From assembly GCA_044358965.1 (NCBI GenBank), contig JBIKNA010000022.1, forward strand, positions 1-34,028: a stretch of 34,028 nt of DNA, given 5' to 3'. Positions 6,751 to 16,200 of the stretch are shown here, one piece after another (the first letter of the stretch is position 1; every line of letters begins with the position of its first letter). The notes beneath the pieces are model-generated. The model had not been told where the DNA came from. It saw only the letters and a list, made by a program, of their open reading frames with translations, and ran no database searches. The position numbers and the translations under genes were made by a program. Origin of the DNA: Polyangiaceae bacterium. GTDB taxonomy: Bacteria > Myxococcota_A > Polyangia > Polyangiales > Polyangiaceae.

Positions 6751-7805
6751 GTAGCTGCCAGACGAGCGCCCGCGCCACAGACGGTGCAGGCAGGGTCCCG
6801 CGGCGTCTCGAAGGAACGAAACGTCATCTGCATCAAGTCCACATGCAGCATGCGCCCGACGAGCGCATCTCCGATGCCGAGCAGCAACTTGAGGGCCAAG
6901 GCTGCCTGCATGCTCCCCAGCACCCCCGGAACCGCGCCGAGCACGCCGACCTCGGCGCAGTTGGGCGCATCGGCGGGGCCCGGTCGCCTGGGGAAAAGGC
7001 ACGCGTAGCAAGGTCCCGGCGCGCCAAGGGGCGAGCCGTCGGGCACAAACGACGTGAGCTGCCCCAGGAACCTGTGCACCGACGCATGCACCACGGCGAT
7101 GCCGAGACGAACGCTCGCCGCGCACACGGCATACCGCGTGCTCAGGTTGTCGCTGCCATCGACCACGAGCGTGACGCCGGCGAGCAGGTCTTGGGCATTG
7201 GCCTCGACGAGTCGCACACGCTGGGGGTGCACCTGCACCAAGGGGTTCAGGGCGCGAAGATGCTCGAGGCCGCTGTCGACTTTGGAGCGACCGATGTCGT
7301 GGGTGGTGTGGAGCACCTGGCGATGCAAGTTCGTCTCGTCGACGACATCGGCGTCGATGATCGTGAGGGTGCCCACGCCCGCACCGGCGAGATAGAGCAG
7401 GGCCGGGGAGCCGAGCCCGCCGGCACCGACGACGGCGACGTGCGCCTGGGCGAGGCGCGCCTGCCCGGCGGCGCCGATCTCGGGTAGCGTTTCTTGCCGC
7501 GCGTAGCGCATCCCATCGGCCAATGGGTGCCACGCTTCGTAGCCGGGCAAGAATACCCGCACGCGCTTGCCGCGACCCTGCAACAACCCCTGGGCCTGGA
7601 GCGCCCGGGGGCCGCGCTGGCAATACACGATGATGTCGTCGTCGACACCCAACGGCAGGCCGTCGAGCTTGTCGAGGGGGACATTCTCCGCGCCGGTGAC
7701 GTGTCCCGCGGCGTACTCCTCGGGGCTTCGCACATCGAGCACGCGGACCTTGGCCCCTTGCGAAAGAACGCTGCGAAGGGCGCTCGCGTCGAGCTCCTCG
7801 CTCAC
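6747..7805 (-). CDS. rhodanese-ThiF/MoeB E1-like sulfurtransferase/adenylyltransferase (N-terminal rhodanese, C-terminal ThiF)
   Basis: The N-terminal rhodanese domain is VRVLDVRSPEEYAAGHVTGAENVPL...DIIVYCQRGPRALQAQGLL..VFLPGYEAW, with a CQRGPRA active-site loop. The ThiF domain has MRYARQETLPEIGAAGQARLAQAHVAVVGAGGLGSPALLYLAGAGVG..DADVVDETNLHRQ and C-terminal CYAC...CTVCG zinc motifs. The GTG start overlaps the kinase stop (GTGA), and GGAG lies 9 nt upstream. Confidence 0.85.
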   Translation of the reverse strand: MSEELDASALRSVLSQGAKVRVLDVRSPEEYAAGHVTGAENVPLDKLDGLPLGVDDDIIVYCQRGPRALQAQGLLQGRGKRVRVFLPGYEAWHPLADGMRYARQETLPEIGAAGQARLAQAHVAVVGAGGLGSPALLYLAGAGVGTLTIIDADVVDETNLHRQVLHTTHDIGRSKVDSGLEHLRALNPLVQVHPQRVRLVEANAQDLLAGVTLVVDGSDNLSTRYAVCAASVRLGIAVVHASVHRFLGQLTSFVPDGSPLGAPGPCYACLFPRRPGPADAPNCAEVGVLGAVPGVLGSMQAALALKLLLGIGDALVGRMLHVDLMQMTFRSFETPRDPACTVCGAGARLAAT

Positions 7806-9016
7806 AGCGACAGCTCCACACGAAGCCGCGTCAGAATGGCGCGACCGTCGGCCGGGCGCCCTTCGTCGGGGCCCGTGCACGCTGCAGCCAGTCGGCCAAA
7901 CTTGGCGCGATCATGCCCCGTGGCATCGTGCTCCAGCACATCTTCGAGGACCCGACCAAAGCCGTACACGTCGTCCCGCGGATCGCTCGGTCGCCCGCGC
8001 AGGCGCTCGGGAGACATGTAGCCCATGCTACCGGCCGGGGCGGGCTCCCCCCCGCGGCGCGCGATGCCGAAGTCCGCCAGAAGTGGCGCCCCGGGCGCAG
8101 CCAAGAGCACGTTGGCGGGCTTGACGTCGTGGTGCACCCAGCCCGCTGCGTGCACACGGGCAAGCGCGGCCACGAGACCTGGCACCCAACCCTGCAGCGG
8201 GAACACGCCGTCCAGGGCACCTTGCCGCAATCGATCGCGCAAGGCCCCAAGGGCCGCCCACTCGAGCGCGAGCCAGCCGTGCTCTGGGTCGGCGTCGTAC
8301 ACACGGATGACGCCGTCGCCCGCCAGTGCGCCAGCCACCCGGGCTTCGTGGAGCAGTTGGCCGCGATCGCGATCGGGCTGGTGGTACACCTTGAGCGCGA
8401 CGGTTCTGCGGAGCTCGCGATCGGTGGCTTCGTACACGGCGCCGGCACCGCCGCGGGCCACCTCGCGCAAGATGTCGAAGGGAGCGTCGGGCTCTTTGGC
8501 CGACATGGTGGTGGCCCCGGCGGGAATGACCGCCCGGAACTCCCCAAGCCCCATGGCGGCCCGCCAGCGCCGATGTCGCTCTCGCGCACCGGGAAAATCG
8601 TAGCTGCGCAGCAGAACACGTTCGATGCGGCTGAGCGCAAGGGCCAGGTCGTCACGCTCCGCGGCGATGTCTGCCGCCGCAAAGAGCCCTTGGGCGCTGA
8701 CCAACGCGCTCACGCAGCGTTCGGCCTGCTCGAGATCGCCGCGTTCTACGAGGAGGGCGGCGACCCCGAGCGCAACGGGCTCGGGCAAGGGCCCCGCTTG
8801 GGTCCGGCGCAAGAGATCATCGATGTGTGTGCCGGCCTCGGGCGATGCGCGGAGCTCGGACAACGCCGCGAGCGCGACCTCTGTGTGCCCGCGGGCGCTC
8901 GCGGCGAGTACCCGCTCGGCCACGGATTGCGTCGCGACGGACGGTCCCTCGCTCGGACCTGCGGCCTCGGGCGGTACGGGCGCGGTGCCCTCTTTTTTGC
9001 GCGACCAAGGCCACAT
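7802..9016 (-). CDS. Ser/Thr protein kinase with an N-terminal helical (TPR-like) region and a C-terminal kinase domain
   Basis: Kinase motifs: RGGAGAVYEA (Gly loop), VALKV (VAIK), HHDVKPANVLL (HRDLKPxN), ADFGIA (DFG), YMSPE (APE), DVYGFG (DxWSxG). ATG at 9016. Confidence 0.8.
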   Translation of the reverse strand: MWPWSRKKEGTAPVPPEAAGPSEGPSVATQSVAERVLAASARGHTEVALAALSELRASPEAGTHIDDLLRRTQAGPLPEPVALGVAALLVERGDLEQAERCVSALVSAQGLFAAADIAAERDDLALALSRIERVLLRSYDFPGARERHRRWRAAMGLGEFRAVIPAGATTMSAKEPDAPFDILREVARGGAGAVYEATDRELRRTVALKVYHQPDRDRGQLLHEARVAGALAGDGVIRVYDADPEHGWLALEWAALGALRDRLRQGALDGVFPLQGWVPGLVAALARVHAAGWVHHDVKPANVLLAAPGAPLLADFGIARRGGEPAPAGSMGYMSPERLRGRPSDPRDDVYGFGRVLEDVLEHDATGHDRAKFGRLAAACTGPDEGRPADGRAILTRLRVELSL

Positions 9017-9115
9017 GAGCTGGGTGCCAAGAGACTAGACCAGACTAGGGCACGCCGGTGCAAATGCCCAGGCTGCGCGGGGCTCCCGCGCCTTCGGCGT
9101 GCTAAGTGAACGCCC

Positions 9116-9799
9116 ATGCGTTGGGTCATCACAGGGGCAAATCGTGGCATCGGGCTCGAGTTCGCGCGGCAGCTGGCCCAGCGCGGCGAGATGGTCGAGG
9201 CGGGGGTACGAGACCTGGCCCCGCGGGGGCCCATTGCGGAACTGGCCCTGGGCAGCAACGTCAACATCCACCCGTGTGACGTGGGCAGCGACGAGGGCGT
9301 AGCGGCGTTCGCGCGGTCCATCGGCGACGTGCCCGTGGACGTGCTCATCAACAACGCGGGCGTCATGGGCAAGATGCAAGCCTTCGAGGATCTGGACCTC
9401 GACGATGTGATGCAAACGATCAACGTGAACGCCATCGGTGTCATTCGCGTGACCCGGGCGCTGATGCCGAACATGCTCAAGGGCACCGCCAGGCGCATCG
9501 TGCACATCTCCAGCGGCATGGGCTCCATTGCCGACAACGGCAGCGGCGGAGCCTATGGGTATCGCATGTCCAAAGCCGCTCTCAACATGGCCAACAAGTC
9601 GCTCAGCGTCGACTACAAGGCCCAGGGCTTCACCTGCGTCGTCATGAACCCCGGGTGGGTCCAGACAGACATGGGTGGCCACGGCGCCCCCACCCCCGTC
9701 GAAGACTCGGTCCGCATGATGCTCCGTCGCATCGATACGCTCTCGCCGGCCAACACGGGCGAGTTCGTGGACTACAAGGGTGGCGTGTACCCGTATTGA
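9116..9799 (+). CDS. SDR family short-chain dehydrogenase/reductase (C-factor/CsgA-like type)
   Basis: VITGANRGIGLEFARQL (TGxxxGIG), NNAG, ISSGMGS, YGYRMSKAALNM (YxxxK). 227 aa. Confidence 0.85.
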   Translation: MRWVITGANRGIGLEFARQLAQRGEMVEAGVRDLAPRGPIAELALGSNVNIHPCDVGSDEGVAAFARSIGDVPVDVLINNAGVMGKMQAFEDLDLDDVMQTINVNAIGVIRVTRALMPNMLKGTARRIVHISSGMGSIADNGSGGAYGYRMSKAALNMANKSLSVDYKAQGFTCVVMNPGWVQTDMGGHGAPTPVEDSVRMMLRRIDTLSPANTGEFVDYKGGVYPY

Positions 9800-9908
9800 G
9801 GTTTCGCTGGCGCCGCCGCGAGTGCGTCGTTTGGATTCGACCATCGATAATCGTTCGAACATCCCAGTCACCGCGGCGGGCCTCGGGCGCCCCTTGCTGC
9901 AGGGAGCA

Positions 9909-10385
9909 TCACTCTTCGGGTTCGAGCGATTCGACTTCTAGGCTGCTCGCCCTCGTCACCCATGGGTAAAGCTTCCCATGGAGGGCCCAGACCACGGGGC
10001 AGTCGTCGCCCTCCGCGCTTGCCAAATCGAAGCACAGAACACCCCAGCTGTTGGTCTCGGCGAAGATGTCGAGTCCGTAACCGAGATTGCTCCCGCTCTG
10101 GTTGAGCGCCGCAAACGGGACAAGCGTTCCGTCGTCAAGGCGCTCGCCCAGATCCTCTTTCCCCAGAAACACATACTGATCGAGTGAATCGATGTGCGCG
10201 TCTTCGAGCTCGGCGAAGGAGAAAAACGCAGTCTTGATGTCAGGGAAGTCTTCGTCCGACAACGAGGTCTTGTACTTGTACTTGTGCTTTGCGATCAGTT
10301 TTTTGTGCTCCTGCGTGATGGTGAGCCGAGCGTCGAGCAAGGCGTAGTCTTCGAAACGACTGAAGAAGGCTGCGGGGTCGGGCAT
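9909..10385 (-). CDS. SUKH-1 (Smi1/Knr4 family) immunity-like protein
   Basis: MPDPAAFFSRFEDYALLDARL...LVPFAALNQSGSNLGYGLDIF...WGVLCFDLASAEGDDCPVVWALHGK matches the SMI1/KNR4 core (lIPFA.dggGn.lcfDl....g..pVv.wdHE). GAGGA lies upstream; an alternative ATG is at 10391. Confidence 0.6.
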   Translation of the reverse strand: MPDPAAFFSRFEDYALLDARLTITQEHKKLIAKHKYKYKTSLSDEDFPDIKTAFFSFAELEDAHIDSLDQYVFLGKEDLGERLDDGTLVPFAALNQSGSNLGYGLDIFAETNSWGVLCFDLASAEGDDCPVVWALHGKLYPWVTRASSLEVESLEPEE

Positions 10386-10501
10386 GGTCATGGTCCTCGT
10401 GCACAAGGATTGGCCGGTGCTCTGGGATTCTGTGGCGTCACTTGGCACGTGGAGCAGATACCTTCGGCGTCTTTGCGATCATGTGCGCCGAGGGCGTGGC
10501 G
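10181..10501 (-). repeat. direct repeat copy A (~320 bp): upstream region plus the first ~85 codons of the SUKH gene
   Basis: About 90% identical to 11525..11837 (copy B), read by eye. Shared blocks include gccgagggcgtggcg...cttcggcg.ctttgcga.cat, ggtcatggtcctcgtgc.caaggattggccggtgctctgg, and tttttgtgctcctgcgtgatggtgagccgagcgtcgagcaaggcgtag. Copy A has an extra tacttg hexamer (KYKYK vs KYK). Confidence 0.7.
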
Positions 10502-10613
10502 GTCGGGCAAGTGGTGTGGGCGCCAGGCCCGACTGGTGTGGCGATTGGCGTGGACGGACGCCGGTGGACGTGATGCGTGCGTCAGCTCCGTGCCTCCCGG
10601 CGACCCCAGACCG

Positions 10614-11486
10614 CTACGGTGTTTTTGCGCCGAATGTGGCGGTGACCACCGTGCCGGTCGGCTTCATACCGTCCGTGAGCCGCAGGCACGACTGCGTCAT
10701 GTTTCCTTGGAGACTCCACATCGAGGGGTCGCTCCAGCTGTCGAGGCCGTAGACCCGTTTTGCCCTCGCGAGATTCGCGAGCGGCGTAGGTGGATCCGTC
10801 CACCGGAGCGTCTCGACGTCGATGTCAGCCACGTCGATCTTGCTGCTATCACGGTCGGTTGCTACGCGAATCATGCCGCGGACGCTTCCGTCGTCACGGA
10901 CGAGGTCGGAACTGAGAAGGCGACCTTGGAGGCGTGCGCTACCGGTCACCCGACCATCCCACTCGCGCTGGGTGCCTACCTCGACTGTCGAGACGTCGCC
11001 GACGAGTTGCACCACGACGTGAGCGCCGACGCGACGCGCGAGCACGGTACCGCCGTCGTGAACGAGGAGCGGACCACGAAAGAACCGCCAGGCCGCCATC
11101 GACGGCACGTGGTTCGGGTTGAGACCGAAGGCGAATGTCGCGGCCCCAGTCGACGCTTCGCGCGACTCACCCGAGGGGCCGCACGAACGGGTGCCGTTGA
11201 CCCACGGGGAACAAAGGTCGCGGGTCGCGACCTGAAAGCGGCCGAGCGCCCTGTCGGAGCGGTCGCCGAGCATCGCGTTGAGGTCGGCCTGCGTGACCGA
11301 GGGGCCTTCGCACGAGGACGTCCACGCCTCCGATTGCGCGTAGTTCCGGAACTCGGGATTCTTTAGAACGATGTCGCCTTCGGTCGCGGCGGGGCCATCT
11401 GCGCCTGCGGAAGCCGAGCAACCGAGCGCTAGACAAGAGGAGAGAAGGAGTGCCGTCAGGCTTCGCGCCCGCGGGCTCTTGAACAT
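10614..11486 (-). CDS. lipoprotein of unknown function (lipobox LALGC)
   Basis: MFKSPRARSLTALLLSSCLALGC-SASAG... is a type II signal peptide with Cys +1. 290 aa with no recognisable domain. The ORF is open in-frame upstream into duplicated SUKH fragment copy B, and there is no obvious SD before ATG 11486. Confidence 0.5.
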   Translation of the reverse strand: MFKSPRARSLTALLLSSCLALGCSASAGADGPAATEGDIVLKNPEFRNYAQSEAWTSSCEGPSVTQADLNAMLGDRSDRALGRFQVATRDLCSPWVNGTRSCGPSGESREASTGAATFAFGLNPNHVPSMAAWRFFRGPLLVHDGGTVLARRVGAHVVVQLVGDVSTVEVGTQREWDGRVTGSARLQGRLLSSDLVRDDGSVRGMIRVATDRDSSKIDVADIDVETLRWTDPPTPLANLARAKRVYGLDSWSDPSMWSLQGNMTQSCLRLTDGMKPTGTVVTATFGAKTP

Positions 11487-11726
11487 GTAGGAAAATGCGC
11501 AAGGACGCGGCGTACGAGCTTCGAGTGAATCGATGTGTGCGTCTTCGAGCTTGGCGAATGAGAAAAACGCGGTCTTGATGTTTGGGACGACCTCGTCCGA
11601 CAACGAGGTCTTGTACTTGTGCTTCGCGACCAGCTTTTTGTGCTCCTGCGTGATGGTGAGCCGAGCGTCGAGCAAGGCGTAGTTCTCGAAACGACTGAAG
11701 AAGGCAGCGGGGTCGGGCATCGTCAT
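11487..11726 (-). pseudogene. 5' fragment (about 80 codons) of a SUKH/Smi1-Knr4 gene, duplicated and fused in frame to the downstream lipoprotein ORF
   Basis: MTMPDPAAFFSRFENYALLDARLTITQEHKKLVAKHKYKTSLSDEVVPNIKTAFFSFAKLEDAHIDSL is about 90% identical to residues 1-85 of the 9909..10385 protein. Homology then stops abruptly, and the frame continues without a stop into MFKSPRA.... Confidence 0.45.
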
Positions 11727-11837
11727 GGTCCTCGTGCGCAAGGATTGGCCGGTGCTCTGGCAATCTGTGGCGGCACGAGGCACACGGTGCAAACTTGCTT
11801 CGGCGCCTTTGCGACCATCAGCGCCGAGGGCGTGGCG
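11525..11837 (-). repeat. direct repeat copy B (see copy A at 10181..10501)
   Basis: Same evidence as copy A. It includes about 110 bp of the SUKH upstream region (putative promoter/5'UTR) plus the 5' coding fragment. Confidence 0.7.
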
Positions 11838-11888
11838 CTCGCGGAAACTGCGGGAAGGCCTTTCGAGGGCGCGTCGGGGACTAACTAG

Positions 11889-13061
11889 CTAGCGTGCACG
11901 CAGCGCGAAAATTCTGGCCCCGTCCCGTCGGCCGCTGAGCTGATCGCCCACCAGCAATGTGGCACCGTCGGTCCACTCGGTGGCTCCGGCGAAGGCGTGT
12001 CCGCCGGGGCCCAGCCGCAGTTCGAGGAAGCCATCGCCGGCGAGTTCCACACTGAACGCATCTGCGCCCAATTGCAGCGGCCCGAGCGGCACCAGGTACT
12101 CTTGGCCCGAGATGCGCGCGGTGACCGGCGCCCCCGGGCCGGCACCGGCCAACAAGTGCAGCGGGACCTCGCGTCCGAGCATGAGGTCGAGGCTGCCCTC
12201 GAGTGGTACCGGGCCACGCAACAAGGCGCCGTGGAGCAGCGTGCCATTGCGACTGCCGAGATCTTCGACGAGAACCCTGGCGCCGTCGCGGAATACGCGC
12301 AGGTGGTGTCGACTGACGGCGCTGGAGGGGACGGCGATGAGGGCGTCAGTCCGGCCAATGACGAGCTCGTTGCCGAAGGGGACCCGGCAGGGCTTGCCGT
12401 GAAACTCGATGTCGAAGGTGGGGCCTGCGGGCTTTCGGCGCAGCTGCGCGGCGCGCATCTCGTGGGCAGCGCCCACCCCGGAGGTGGCGCAAAGCGCGTC
12501 GAGTTTCTCGAGGGCTTCGCGGCGTCGGCCCGATGCGAGCAAGACCTCGATGTCCCCGAGCTCCTGGGTTCGCGCGCGTTCTTGGCGCTCGGCGAACTGC
12601 TCGGAGGAGAGCAGATGTTCGAGTTCGTCGACCTCGCCCGCGGCGGCCAGGGCCCGCGCTTGGCCTTCGCGATCTTTGGCCCGGGCATAGGCTGCGGCAG
12701 CCTCTTGGTGCTCGCCCACGGCCTCGAGGTCCCGGGCCGCGTCGAGCAAATCGCGCTGCGCAACGGCGGAAATGGCCTGGTCGCCAACGAGTGCGATCAT
12801 GAGCTGCGCCCTTCGCGTGCGGGCCACCCGCCACGCGGCCGATCCCTCGGGGGCGATGCCCGCTGCCTGGGTAAAGTGCGCGAGGCGCGCTCGGGCCTCG
12901 GGCTCGGCTTCGCCCCGCAAGACCATCACGCGGCTCGCCTCTTCGGGGGCGCCGGCGGCCACCCAGAGTTCGATGGCCTTGGCAAAGTCGCCGCGCAGTT
13001 CGGCCGACTGCGCCTGCGCCTTCACCCGACCTTTGCCAAAGAGGTTATCGAACAAGCCCAC
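11889..13061 (-). CDS. FHA domain-containing protein with an N-terminal helical/TPR-like region
   Basis: FHA core LVIGRTDALIAVPSSAVSRHHLRVFRDGARVLVEDLGSRNGTLLHG (GR...D....d..vSR.Ha.......v.DlgS.NGT.vN). GTG start per the ORF-track frame. Divergent from pilB with about 205 bp between them. Confidence 0.75.
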   Translation of the reverse strand: MGLFDNLFGKGRVKAQAQSAELRGDFAKAIELWVAAGAPEEASRVMVLRGEAEPEARARLAHFTQAAGIAPEGSAAWRVARTRRAQLMIALVGDQAISAVAQRDLLDAARDLEAVGEHQEAAAAYARAKDREGQARALAAAGEVDELEHLLSSEQFAERQERARTQELGDIEVLLASGRRREALEKLDALCATSGVGAAHEMRAAQLRRKPAGPTFDIEFHGKPCRVPFGNELVIGRTDALIAVPSSAVSRHHLRVFRDGARVLVEDLGSRNGTLLHGALLRGPVPLEGSLDLMLGREVPLHLLAGAGPGAPVTARISGQEYLVPLGPLQLGADAFSVELAGDGFLELRLGPGGHAFAGATEWTDGATLLVGDQLSGRRDGARIFALRAR

Positions 13062-13267
13062 GGTGTGCCTTCGGTCGTAGTGGACCTTGGGGCGCGTCGC
13101 AATGTGGCGTTGCCCACCTTGGTGTGCGGCGGGGTAGCAGAAGGGCCCCGGGTGAAACGCTTGGCTGCGCCAAGCTGTTGAAAAGAGCGTACCATTCCCT
13201 TGACCCGGGGGCGCACTTCACCGACGCTTTTTCTCGTTACTTCGTCACTGTCACGGAGCCCACTGCC

Positions 13268-14968
<1,701 letters not shown>

Positions 14969-15060
14969 GGCCCCAACGCCCACTGGTCCCCCCGGTTGCC
15001 GTGCGTGGGCAGCCCGAGGGTGCTTTCCCGGCACGCAACGGAACAACGCAAGGAACACCG

Positions 15061-16185
<1,125 letters not shown>

Positions 16186-16200
16186 CGGGGGAGGGGCGCG

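Noticed and set aside
9800-9908. Hairpin/terminator between the SDR and SUKH genes (cgccgccgcg ... cgcggcggg; ttcgaa/atcgat palindromes)
   Set aside because: The arms are separated by a loop of about 50 nt and the small palindromes are only 6 bp. This is not convincing as a terminator or operator.
13062-13267. Sigma-54 or sigma-70 promoter calls in the FHA/pilB divergent spacer (e.g. TGGCGTTGCCC, cttgac...)
   Set aside because: Candidate -24/-12 and -35/-10 elements have wrong spacing or weak matches. I could not support a specific promoter from sequence alone.
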